From positions 998,669-1,062,668 of the forward strand of contig NW_003314316.1 in assembly GCF_000143415.4 (NCBI RefSeq): 64,000 bases of DNA, given 5' to 3'. Under the pieces are notes generated by a model. That model made no database searches. It saw only the letters and a program-made list of their open reading frames with translations, and was not told the DNA's origin. The position numbers and the translations under genes were made by a program. Shown piece by piece: positions 22,445 to 35,037 of this stretch; the stretch's first letter is position 1, and each line of letters opens with the position of its first letter. Source of the DNA: Selaginella moellendorffii. Its lineage: Eukaryota; Plantae; Lycopodiophyta.

Positions 22445-25400
22445 TTATTCCAATGGTTCCGTGTGTTGTTCCATGTACCGTAGGTGAAAGTAAACTTTCC
22501 CTGGGTTTGCAATGAGTGGCAAATAGGCTGGTCCATAGCTATTTAGCACGGCACTAGTGGATCCTTCCTAGGCATGATTATAAGTGTATCAATCAAGACT
22601 ATAGGGATGAGTCTATTAATTCAAGTAGTCATTACCGTGCTCTCTCATAAACTTTTCATGGATTGGACTGAAGGCAATATGAATGCAAGCTTGAAGTTTA
22701 GTCAAAGTAGAGACCGAAAAAAGAGTCATCGGGGACAAAGGATCAAACACGTAAATCATTTTCTCTCCTTGGAGATATGATTTGCAACGAAGTGTGACTC
22801 ATTGCTCGTGTTCACATTATGCAATCAAAAGTCCCTATCTTGATGCATGTTGGTTATGATGGTCTTACAAATGGTGAGTTATGGGATAGATAGCGGTGAA
22901 GTGCTAAACCATCTTGTCTATGCTTGCTATTGAAGACTTGAGTTGCAATGCTCAATTCTTTTCTGGGGAACCTTGCTATTGCTCCTTGAATAGCTTGGTG
23001 TTTGATTAGTTTTGAGTTTGGTCAGAAAGAGAGTGGCATGAGCTTGTCTGTGTTGTGAACAAAAGTTAGTGGTGTTAGGTGTTGTAAATCTCTATTGATG
23101 GGGTGTAGCATTTATGTTGCATTTTGTTGAATCAAGTTGGCACTTGATAATCACATAAACCTTTAAAGTAATGACATGGGTATTGCTTTTAGTGTTGCTC
23201 AATTGATGATCAAGTCATTATGATTTCTATATCATATCCATGTGATAGTGAGCAATGTGTTTACGAAGTTGCTTAGTTAAACGATGATCAACCCTAAAGT
23301 GGTTGATGGTGAAGCTAGTCTATTTGCACAAAGTAGCATTATAGTAGCTTTGACTAGATTCTCGAATGGTGATCCATTATGCTAAGCCTAAGTTGGTATC
23401 TTATTTTCTCGAGGGTTTGCCCATAAAGTGTTAGAAAAAGGTTGTAGCATTCACTTGCTATAGCTTGTCAATTGATCCGTTAGCACTTGAAGTAGATTGT
23501 TGGATGGAGAAAATGTATAGTTGAGGCATTGACATTACTAGCACTTCTGTTAGTGGAAGTGGCATTGTTATTTCGAGTGAAGAGGAAATTTTCTTTAAAT
23601 CTTGATTTTTCATGTCATTTTTTTTTTTTAAAGTGTTTTAGCTTCATATTGGATCTTGAAAGTGGTTGAAGAAGAGCGTTAGTGCAATGTGAATATCCGA
23701 AGATTGTGGTCTTCGTGGTCAAGCCTTGGATGCTCATTTTGCATTTTGTGGATGTCAGTGTTAGATGTTGAATATATGGGCAAAGTGTTCGAGGCTAAAG
23801 CATACTATGGACATACCTGTTTGAGGCTAAAGCATACAGTCGCACAGTGAGGCAGTCCCAAAGGCTAGTGGACTTAGCGGTCAGGCCTGTGGGCCTTGAT
23901 CTAGTGGCAGTATTGGCAAACACGGCCATGGACGGAAAGGGACTGAGTGGGGACCGGAAAAGAGATATTGGGGAAGGCTATTCCCCATGTCTGCGGGCAT
24001 CCTAAGGATGCTAAGGAGTGAATCTGGGATGATCACTCAATGAACGGATGACCCAATCTTTGAGAGATGGGATTGTAAAGCAGGTGTTGTTGGACCACCA
24101 GTATGACCAAGGTAAATGGGCATGGCCTTAGCGTAACGGGTTGATATGTCAGTGGTACCTTGGGGTGTCGATCATGGGATTGGACACATGGAGCACTTGG
24201 ACCAAGTGCTAAGGTTGAGTGGCATGGATGCCATTCTCTGGGCTATCACGCCCCAAGTCTTGAATTAGACTTATGGAGTTGGTATTCTCATCACATGGAC
24301 AAGTGGTCATAAGGGGCAAAAGGTTACCCCTAAAGGACAAAATCAAGTGTCAGAGTAATACTTGCAAAGATGGTCCTTGTGAGTAGGACATGAATACAAG
24401 GAGTTGTATTCTAGTGTGCTGGCACCTTAAGAGTAGGACCTCATAGGTCGTCGGATTAACAAGTCCAAAAAACAAGATAACTCCAATCGAGTCAAGGAAT
24501 AATCCCAAGGGATTGATGGAAACATTTGGATTGAGGTGTGTGGTGCCCCACAAAAGATGGGGAGGATTTTAAAATCCAAGTATGAGAACAATGGGTATCT
24601 CATTGGTGGCAAAATATGCCATGCTAAAGTTGTGGGAAAGAGTTTCCTGGAAGAACACAACTTTGGCTAAAAGTTGTGCGTGAACTGTATGGTGTAGTGC
24701 TAATGGATAGTTGGCATAAGAGACAATTGTAGTGGTCTTGGCAAAAGACCTAGACACAAGTAAGAAGTGTCATAAAAGTAGGTTCATTGAGCTGATGGTG
24801 TAGAGACACCAAACATACCAAGGCGTATTGCCTTGAGGTCATGTTGACGGTTCGTAAGAACCCCTTCTAAAGGAATCCCAATAGAAATGGGAATGGCATA
24901 GCATAAGCTGGAAGGCATGTGGTTAGAGTGTGGTGACCTAGATAATGATAGAGGTATGGAAGCACCAGCAATGAGTTGTAGGACTTAACAACTATGAGGC
25001 AACTAAGCAAAAAGTGCAAAATAATTAGTTAAACTAGTAGACGGTAACTAACTTCTTATTGGGATAAAGAAGTTAGATATACCCTTATGAGGGATAAATT
25101 GCTTATGTTGCGAGATATTAAATCAATGTCGTAAAGGGAATACTCATTGCCAAAGAGGCTATCATTGGGATACCCAAGCACTCTAGAACACCAAGAGGTG
25201 GTGTTTGGGATCATGAAGGCAATGGATAATGCCCAAGGGATAAAGTTCTTAGCAAATGATGGATAGAAGGTGCTATCCAAATGTCCAAGGTTGCGGAGAC
25301 GAGAGAAGTCCATCTACCCAAATTAGACAAAGCCAAAAAAGAATTTTAGCAAGGCTAGTGATGGGCATATAAAGTCCCATAAGTAGCAACAGTGATCCCA

Positions 25401-25617
25401 ATGTGTGGGATTACAAGGTGAGCAAACCCGGATTGAGGAACCACTCCCTAGGCTGTAGGGTAGGTTCATCCCTATGAATACTTACCAAAAGCATAGTAGA
25501 AAGTGCAAAGTTATCTTCTTAGCCTAGAGGAGAATGACCGAAGGAAATGTATAAGGCCAAAAAACAAGTAGTAAAGGATAGAACCGGACCATAGGAATTG
25601 ATAGGCATAACCAAGAG

Positions 25618-26240
25618 ACCAGTCTAACTATCTGCACAAGAGCTGTCTCATATCCAACATGCGTTGCGCGGACATGTAACACTCCGTTTTCGTTCAGAGT
25701 CCCACCAATGACTTTGTCACCACTTCGTTTTGCGACCAGCCGAGCTTCACCAGTGATCATGCTCTCGATCACATGACTCTGTCCCCAAATCACCTCTCCA
25801 TCAGTTGGCACCTTGGAACCAAGCAAAACTTTGACGACGTCATTCCGTTGTACGAGCTGCGTAATGATTTCTCGCTCGAAAGTAATTTTCCCTTCTCGTC
25901 CAGCATCAGGAGAATGGCTGTATCAGGCGTGAGATTCATAAGCTTCGCGATGGATTCAGACGTTTTCCCTTTGGCCAGAACCTCCAGGAACTTCCCTAGT
26001 GGAATAAAAGATATGAGAATTGAACTCGTCTCGAAAAGTCTGTCCCTTCAAATGAGTCGTCGCAGATCTTAAAGCGGAGTAGACAGAGTAGAAGTCCGCA
26101 GCATTTGTCCCGAGAGCTATGAGAACGTCGATGTTGGCCGAACCATGGTGTAGAGCATTATAAGCCCCGACGTAGAACCGCCACCCGATGACGAACTGAA
26201 CAGGCGTAGACAAACTCCATCTCAGTATCTCGGTGAGCAT
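25618..26240 (-). pseudogene. Fragment of a Cu-transporting P1B-type ATPase (HMA5/RAN1-like), frameshifted, no introns seen
   Basis: LRWSLSTPVQFVIGWRFYVGAYNALHHGSANIDVLIALGTNAA...; KVPTDGEVIWGQSHVIESMITGEARLVAKRSGDKVIGGTLNENG (actuator TGE motif). Confidence 0.9.
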
Positions 26241-27214
26241 GGTTATGCAAGTTGGGAGTGGAGTGCAAGCAATAGGTGCTCAAGCATGTTGTTGCTAGCG
26301 ATCGGGATGCCATGGATAGTCTAAAACATGGGATAGTCCATATTAGACTATATGGCTATTGAAAAGCTTGCGAAAGGAGAGACCTTAGCAAGCTAAGGAA
26401 CAAAGTTCCTTGAACGTTCCCCTAGGTAGATAAGTACCTAGACATCCAAGTGTAAATGGTTTATAGAGCGCGCGAAATCAGAGTGGCATAGCAAGAGCGT
26501 GGTCTTGAAGCTTGCCATGATGTGAGGCTATCAAGGTTAGGGAAGTAATTCCCAAGTGTTCAAAGAGAGGGCTTTGAACGAAAGTCGATGGTTAAAGACT
26601 TTCACGCTTATGCATGAACTATGTTACGGTGGCCGGATGACTTGCTAAGTGAGATTGGCAAGTCGAGGGAACGAATACCCTAGTTGAAGGAGCCAACTTC
26701 AAAGGGGTGGCCCATAGGCCAAGCATGGAGGAGTCCATGCATGATCACAGACTTGTCAAGTGAGAGGACTTGGCAGTGCAATGGAACTAGGTTCCTAAGC
26801 TGTGATTTGTAGCGTGCTTTAAGTATAAATTGGTGCACCAGCGTGGGGAGACACGCCAGGCATCCTGTGTGATGCCGTCTGTAGATGCATATACGGAGGT
26901 TGGGTTCGAGTCCCGACCCTCTAGTGCTTGGGTTCGAATCCCAACTCACTAGGGCGTGGTGATGGTTTAGAATATGAGGACACTCATATTTCGGTGGTCA
27001 TGGACTCTCAGTGGGGAGACTGGCTTGGGCACACCGCCAAACGGGGGATGCTCCGGAGTCGTGATGCACGGTTAAATTGCTTAGTGTGGCTCAGCATATC
27101 TAACTTGAACACTTTGGTGCGAAGGGCACCAAGGATGTGGTGAATGAGATGGGGACATCTAGTCTCAGTTACTATGGACCTTGGCCGGAAGGGAGATCCA
27201 CACCCGCATTCTCG

Positions 27215-27837
27215 TCGTAGCAATTGGCTTGCTCGTTGCAGCCGGTGTTTCAAGCGCCGCCGACTCTACTACTTCCACAACTCGTGTCTACAACTTCACT
27301 ATAAGGGAGCTTGTTCTTTAGCGAAAGGGAATACCTCTTTGCTTGCCTGCTTTTGTTTGTTGCTCCAGCAGTAGTGACACTGTCTTGCTGCTGCTGCTGC
27401 TGCTCAGATCCGGTCGACAAACGTGAGGCGACTTTGCAACTTGAAGTCTCTTGTCACTACTGCTGGAGCAAAGTCACAAAAGCAGGCAAGCAAAGAGGTA
27501 TTCCCTTTTGCTAAAGAACAAGCTCGGTACCCCGGTCTGGTCATCTTTGCAAACCAAGGTGACCGTCTTCTCATCAATGTTACCAACAATGGACCGTATA
27601 ACATCACGATGCACTGGTGAGCTCCTTCCCCGCGTAGAGATCCTTTTCTCTCGTCGTGAACTTAAGTCGCTGGATTTCTCACAGGCACGGCATCCGGCAA
27701 CTCTTCTCCTGCTGGGCCGATGGACCTGCCTATGTCACCCAGTGCCCGATCCAACCTGGGGGATCATACCTCTACAACTACACCATTGTCAGGCAGAGCG
27801 GAACTCTCTTCTATCATGCTCACGAGACTTGGCTGAA
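27215..27837 (+). pseudogene. Laccase (multicopper oxidase) 5' fragment, interrupted by a foldback insert
   Basis: Signal-like GLLVAAGVSSA...TRVYNFT; YPGLVIFANQGDRLLINVTNNGPYNITMHW, an intron (~27617-27683), then [25 protein letters not shown]...TLFYHAH (HWHG and YHAH copper ligands). Truncated after that. Confidence 0.92.
27307..27525. repeat. Foldback / MITE-like inverted repeat (~72-bp arms, ~70-nt spacer)
   Basis: GAGCTTGTTCTTTAGC.AAAGGGAATACCTCTTTGCTTGCCTGCTTTTG...TGCTCCAGCAGTAGTGACA pairs with 27452-27525. Confidence 0.9.
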
Positions 27838-28365
27838 GTGGTCGAATGAGTCTCTAAGTTGGAGAGACTATGCTCCTTAGAGGATGGGCAAGGCATGGTG
27901 AGCCTTCAGTATCAAACCATTGAAAGCTCTATTTCGTTAAAGTGGGAATTGTCATTATCCCACTTGTAAAATAAGGTTTCCAAACCTTTATATAGTATAT
28001 AAATATAACAAAATTCAACTGCATTGAGGCACATGCCATTTTATTTAAAACAAGGAAATGTCTACTCAATCACTTCTCCTCCCCCTGCCACTGCTTCACC
28101 TTTCTCTTCTCCTTGTCATCGTCATCCAATTTCTTTCCATCCTTTTAATATTGGCTCAGTTGCTGCGAGTCTAGGTGGAGCCCAAGTCCCCATTCAATCT
28201 TTACTTTCCCCTTATTAATAAAACAACTTCGTAGACTTCCAATAACATGCTGTAACACTTCTAGTATAATGCAAATCCTCTCAAAGAATTGTCTTTTAAT
28301 ATTAATACAATGGCATGGAACCCCATGCCATAATAAGTTACATTTTTAAATAAATACATGCCATC

Positions 28366-31300
28366 TCAGACTGTTATTTTTTGCCTCCAACGCCTATACA
28401 ATAATCTTGGAATTTCATCACTCTCCACACTATCAGGATTTAAACCCAATAGTAATGCCATCTCTTCTCTAATACGTCCATGCTCATGTTCAGTGGTCGA
28501 AGAACCCATCCGGTTGAGCAGATTATGGAGATGCGGATAGTGTTTGGCTAGACAATATACATGCCATAAATGATGACTGGTGTCTGTCCGATCAAATGGC
28601 TTCTGATATACCGTTCCATCTGCCATTTGGTTGATTTCTGCAGCCACCTCCTGGACTGGCCGGTTCTCTATCACCATCGCTCCAAGCCGTTTTGCAAGGT
28701 CCCCCAGAACATACGGTTTCTTCTCCTTAGTTTCCATACTGCAAGAGATGGGGTGCACTGCATATGTGTGCGTGTTCGCTGCAGTTTTAATCGGCGAGTC
28801 ATCGATGATGAGGATTTCACTTGACCTAGCAGTCCGGTTCATCACTACAGCCTCTGGCTTGACGAAGATGGGCTTGCTACCCCTCACATGGACCATAGTC
28901 AAGCAATCCTCCTGCGTTAGGAGAAAGTCAAATGGTAATATTACTTGCGTCTGATCATGCATCATCTGTAGCAACGTTAATGCATTGTGGCGCATCATGG
29001 ATGTCCAAACTCCCAATTGCAAATTGAACTTGGCCCTCTGTTTTAAGTGTAGCATGGTCATTATTAGATCCCGCAGTTTCTCCCATGTGATTAATGTGAA
29101 TTTGTCTCTTTTGACAAACTTGCGACCGCAGGCTTTGGAGGGTGCAGTGACATTCGAGGACGAACCACGCTCATGGGAGAAAAGGACACCATTTAGATCA
29201 AAAACGATACAGTACCTTCGCTGTGACTCTGAAATGAAATGCGTCATCATAAAACATGGTACAAGTCAATTTTACCATCTACAATATTAGCGAATGGTGC
29301 TCCCGATGGTCGTTGAGAGGGTTTTGGTCGAGGAAACGTGAAGGGTGGAAATACTCTCCTCTGCAATATGGGGTCAATCGCATCCGATGGCGTGTGGGCA
29401 CATGCCATTTCAGCTGTAGACTCTGGTACAACTGGCTCAACAGTGGCATGGGGTGGTTCCGATGGCGTGTGATCACACGCCATTTCAACTGGTGCCTTCG
29501 TTGGCAAAGTGGACATGACCGAACAGGCAGCAGGGGCGGTGTAGGGAGGTTCCAACGGCGCGTAGTCAGACGATTGGGCACACGTTGAGTCCGTTGGAAA
29601 TGAGGATATGACCGGCTCGGCGGCTGGGGCGGCCTCATGTGGGTCCAATGGCACCTGGTCACCGTCAGTTGGATACGTGGACAAGATTGACTCAGTGGTA
29701 TAGGCAGCATCAAGTGGAGCGTGGTCAGCTTGCTTGGCGTTGATATGGATAGTAGCCTCCACCAGCTCTGATGACTCTTGCAGGCAAGTAGAGTCCACTG
29801 GCGGATCCATATGCATGTCCAAATATCTCCCTTCGATTGAGATGGTATCCTCCCTACTGGCTACTAAAAACAAACTCATTAGCACATTGAATCGACTATA
29901 CTATATTTACCATCAACTGCTATTGAGGAAATAGGACCGATATCACTTGGGCGCACTGCTGATTCTGAAGGATTGGACATACGTTTCGACCCTTGCTTGG
30001 CACTATCCTTCCTCGACACTAAAGGCTAGAGTTTGTATCTTAATTCAACTGAATAATCTCTACTTACCATTTGCTCTGCGACCTACATGGACAATGTTAG
30101 AAATGGTAAAAGGTTAGGAATGGATGTACTATTATTTACCTAATGGTTTGTCTTGTATGACCTTCCTCCCCTGCTCTTTGGCCACCTCAGGCTGGCCATC
30201 GTCGTCATCATCGTCGTCGTCGTTATTGTGATCATCACCATTGTGAGGACCATCCAAGTCCTCTTCGTCCTCCTCTTCTTTGTCCTCCTCTTCGTCCTTC
30301 TGCTCTTCCTGCTCATTATCTTTCTCTGGCTCCTCATCCCCCTCCTGCATTTCTTCCATAGGCTGCTCACTTGGGAAAATCATCTGGCCGAGTCTCCATC
30401 TCAAAATACAAGACATCCATAGCCTGTTTTAGTGCGTGACCTAGGACCGTATCCTCACCCGACTGTCTTAACATGGTTTCTGCACGTTCTTGCACCCTTC
30501 GAAGACGACGAGATGAGAAAAACGTGGCCCTGACTTGAAAAGCATCCCTCATCCATTGTACCTCTCCATTGAGATTAGGGAAGGGGAGTCCGCCATAGGA
30601 ATCTGAGTCAGGAGGTGGTGACTGGCTGCTTTCACTCAGCCCTTGATCTGCAATGAATGGCATGAGCACACACGCCATAACCGCGAGGCATTACCTATCA
30701 TATTTTCGTTGCCCTTCTTCCTTTTCGAATCAAACGCCTCTGATCCCGACGACTGTCCAACGTGCTTTCGCTTTTTATAACCACTGTCAGTTTGAGCTTG
30801 GCTGGTGCTTGCCTGTTTTGCCTTTGAAGAAGTGTCTCCTGCAAGGAATGGCATGAGACCACACGCCATTGCAAATATAATTTGTACCTCCTTTTTTCCT
30901 ATTGCTTGTCTGTTTGTCCTTCTTCGACGCGCCACCAGTGCGCTTTTCAGTCCTCGTGTCTGAATATTCACAACGATCTATAATCAAAATGGCGTGAGGC
31001 CTCACGTGACCTTACCTTGTGCAGGTTGTGAGCTCGGCCCAACATGGGTATCTTCAACAGTAGCTGTTAACGCCGTTTCAGCATCTGGGGGTGGCCACGC
31101 TCCTGCATACAGAGCTTGTGAGATAACATTTAAACTTAAAGTGCGTACTCACCAAGTTCGCAGAGAAGATACTGTTTTTCTTTGGCAACTGTAATTATAT
31201 GCTCCATTGAAGTCACCTCTTCAATGGAGTTTGTCACCGCAACACACGGGACACCCTTGAGTAGTGCGGCTTGAAAGAATAGTCCGCCGCAGTTGTACTC

Positions 31301-33951
31301 GACAACGCATTTGCTCTTAGAGTCGGAAGCAAGTGACCCACCCGCTATTGCGTTGAAGACCCAGCTGAGCATTTCCCATGCTGCACTTGGAGCTTTTTCT
31401 GGATTCGAAAGCTCCATAGCCGTCTTCAGTTCCTCAGGCACGGGTAAATTGACCTCCCTCAGATCAATTCGATCGGCCTTGTCGAACGAAGCTGGGAAGT
31501 CACTCCAGTCCCACTCTACTGCAGGACCAATAACAAGGGTGAGTGTGAAGATGCGGACATTTGTCGGTATCTTCTTCTTAGCCATTATCCCATGGATCTC
31601 CCGCATCTCCTTGCCTTTCAACCGAGCCTTCACCTCGTTCAAGGCCTTCCAGAACTTGTGATAGGATTCAGAGTCATAGATCATATAGTGGACTAAAGAT
31701 TTCACCTCCGCAAGTCCCACCATTAAGTCAATGATGGAGCTGACTTCGTCTGCATGAGTGATCTCCTCGTTTGTGAAGTCCATCACACAAAAGATGTTCT
31801 TGACCTGCTCATCTCCGCGGGAAACGATGCTCCTCCACCTTTGATCCTCATCCGAATTCACGTATACCCGGTAAGGTTCTCGATAGGCCTCTGCTGCGGG
31901 GTCAAGCTGTTTCTGAAGCCGGCGGTCGACATCCCTCTTAATGAAATTTGGATACTGATCCAACTTCTCAGCTTTACTTTTCGTGGCATCCCGCAGCAGA
32001 TCGATGAACTTGGGGGCCCCCTTCATGTACTCGTCGATGTCTTCATTTGACAACTCCAACTCTTCCATCATCTCTTGCGTGGTGTCGATGCTCACCCTCT
32101 CCACAGCCACTTGCTCGAAGATCCAATCCTTCAATAGCGCACGAGCTCTCAGAGTCGTGCACAAGTCCTCGTATGTCACAATATGGCCGGGAGTCATTTT
32201 GGTCTTGTTGAAGACTACCTCACCACGTAGAAGAGCATTAGCCACTGTCAGAAGGTCGTCGTCGTCTAGAGACCGCGAGAAATGCAAGGCGTTGAGCTTC
32301 AAATCATTGGGCTTCCGGCCGTCCTCCACACCCATTGAGTTTAGCAACTCCCCGTCATGGTACCTCCTCAGCACATCTACCCATTTGTCAAAAACAACTT
32401 TTGTCGCGAGTAGAATGTTATGGATGCTGAGTGTGTCATTGACCCCCAATGTTTTCGAGAGAAGACTCGAGAATTCCTGCAATGGAAATGGCGTGAGGCC
32501 ACATGCTATGCCACATGCAACGAGGCTTACCTGCCAGGCGCTAGTTGCTAATGCACGTCCTTGTCCTGGTTTTTGTGGCTTCTTCAGTTGAACCCAGAGC
32601 TTCCGTGTTCGTGCCAATGTCTCATGCAGACCCGATTTGTAGCACGTTTCTTGCTTGACATTCTGCGCGTGGGAGATGTATATGATAGATCGGAGGGGCG
32701 AATTGCCTTTTATCAGGCGGACAACTCTTGTCTTGAAGACTTTCTTCACCTCCTCGCCCACTATAATATCCACAACTATCTCTTGCATCGCCAAGCTAGA
32801 ATGCTGCCCGGAGACGGCATAGAACCGGATGTTCTGATCGTCCAACACCTTCCTATTGATCAAGTCTGGAAACCTCGTCTCGCCCTTCATTGTTCGGTAG
32901 TAGGGGATCACGTCTGCGATGTCAGGTGTTACTGGACTTGCCAGCATCTTCTGCTTCAGTTTCTCCACCCACTCATCAGATACTAGCCTGTGGTTGTATT
33001 TGCTTTGGATGTCGATACGGCTCACGTCGATTGTATATACTTTGTTGGAATAGTAACAAGTACTATTATCTACGACGATTTTTGCTGCCTCTTCTTGCTC
33101 TTTCTGCTCTTTGCGGCTCTTCTTTTTGGTGGGTGTAGTGTTCGAACCCGAGGCAATGGCATCACCGAGTAGCTTCTTTTTTGGAGCAGGAGAGTCGGAC
33201 GTCGGCTTGAGCTTGACCACCCTTTTCTGCTTCGGGGTAGTTTCCAGATCGACCCCCTTCCCCTTAGCTTCGCGAACTGGAGGCATTCTCAACGGCTCAA
33301 TGTTGGAATATAGTTTTTGAACATCGCCGTAGGTGAGGTCCGTGGATTCCATGTGATCTTCATAGACCCGCAGCGTCTTTGAAATTGTGGGCCTCCTAGA
33401 CAACCTCTCCCTAGCTCCCTCTAGGAATTCCTCATAGCCGCTGCCCCCCTCCGGGAAGCCGCTAGGATGTGCAAGGTGGATCTTGAAGGCGGACGCTGTC
33501 TCTACCACAAGTGCCAGTCCATATTCTTGCATGGAACTGCATGGAGTGTCTGTCACTTGGATGAGGATCCCCATGCATTCTTTTCTCCCACCATCTGTGT
33601 TGTATAGCCTCAGATCCTCGCCTTCCATCCCGAAAGTCCAACTGATGAGCTCCTCCCCCTTCTTTGCATCCACATTGACAGTGGCTGGAAGAAGAACGCA
33701 ATTCCTCGCCTGTTCAGAAATGCACAACAATTAGAGCTGACAGATGAAAAGCTAGCAGCTGGAAATAACGTGAGGCCACACGCCATTCACCACTGCATCA
33801 GATGTCTTGAGGCTGCATCCTAAGATGGCGTGAGGCTACACGCCATCTGTAACCGGACTGCACTCAAGAGCCCAATCGGTGCATGCCAATGTTGCTACTG
33901 AATGGCATGTGGCCTCATGCCATTTTCTACTTGGCCTAAAAGACTTACCAT
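28366..33951 (-). CDS. Cargo gene copy 2 (ParB-like / MTase-like / FCP1-like); ParB-MTase part intact (864-aa ORF 31136-33730), 29-bp frameshifting deletion at ~30369
   Basis: Same exon structure as copy 1 and lacks the copy-1 nonsense codon. Carries a 30-bp in-frame and a 29-bp frameshift deletion in the acidic exon. Confidence 0.72.
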
Positions 33952-34364
33952 TTGAAGCCGAATGGAGGCCGTGACAATCAAGGCCAGACTCGCTGGCGAA
34001 TGTGCACTGTGTGTGTAGCGGATCGTAGCAGCAAGGCTACTCTGCCACTTACAGTTGGAGAGTGGCACTGAAATCTCTCGGGACGCCAAGTGGGCTGTGT
34101 GTGGGTGGTGGAGTGGGCGGCGGAGTTGGCGGCGAAGTTATAAACTGAAGTGGACGCCGATGCACACGAGCGTGATGCGAGCGCGAGTGTGATGCAAGTG
34201 CGAGTGGACGCCAATGCACACGAGAAACCTGTAGAGAAGGTAGATGAGCGCGAATGTGAGTGTGATCGCGAGTGGGAGCGCGATGTGAGCGCGAGTACGA
34301 TGCAAAACCTAACCTCACACGCGTGAAATCTCATGACGGTTGGTAATCCCACCACGTCATCATT

Positions 34365-35037
34365 TGTAGCGCACCTTATCTCTCTCCCCTTAAGCCAACT
34401 GGAAAAGGGGCAATTGCTTGATGAGAGAGCCCTTAGTGGCTATTTTATCCCCATTTATCCCCCAAGGTTCCAAGGATCCACGGTGACAATATATCCAAAT
34501 CTCATCCCATGATCACATGCGCTACACTCACCCCCCCTTCAGAGATGTCAATGTCCTCATTGACTATTGACTAACAACCCCTACTGAGCCAAGGGGAACC
34601 AGCACCTCCATTTCCGCACTCAATCTACCAATCCTTCCATTGTGTAGACCAGCTATTCCATGTGAGGCAACTAGTCATCCACCCGTACCGCAGTCCCACG
34701 ATGGATACCTTTGTCCGTGGATACTCCACACAAGAGGAAGGACGTACGCATGGATGTCCACTACATACGATTTCAAATTTAGGGGTAGGAATATACCTTG
34801 CTCAAGGGTATATTATATTTTAGGTAGCCACTAATCAATGGGAATCGAACCCGTGCCATTTGCTCTGATACCAACTGTAGCGCACCTTATCTCTCTCCCC
34901 TTAAGCCAACTGGAAAAGGGGCAATTGCTTGATGAGAGAGCCCTTAGTGGCTATTTTATCCCCATTTATCCCCCAAGGTTCCAAGGATCCACGGTGACAG
35001 TATATCCAAATCTCATCCCATGATCACATGCGCTACA
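34365..35037 (-). mobile_element. TRIM nested in transposon copy 2
   Basis: Same position, 162-bp LTRs and TCATT TSD as in copy 1. Confidence 0.95.

Larger units (their letters stand above)
5527..23790 (+). mobile_element. Non-coding, T-rich internal region of the LARD-like element, interrupted by DNA transposon copy 1 and an LTR, and partly duplicated (22455-23790)
   Basis: Follows the PBS. Sequence is continuous across the 6141-19635 insertion, with an empty-site paralog at ~22745-22780. No long ORFs. 20950-21410 is homologous to 43256-43710. Confidence 0.65.
24290..27919 (+). mobile_element. Highly degenerate retroelement-like segment carrying captured gene fragments (continues 41420-41530)
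   Basis: A-rich decayed sequence resembling pol, flanking the ATPase and laccase pieces. It is continuous across transposon copy 2 via the TTGA TSD. Boundaries are uncertain. Confidence 0.35.

Noticed and set aside
26895-26950. tRNA gene (two GGTTCGANTCC motifs)
   Set aside because: No acceptor stem, D-arm or anticodon arm could be built.
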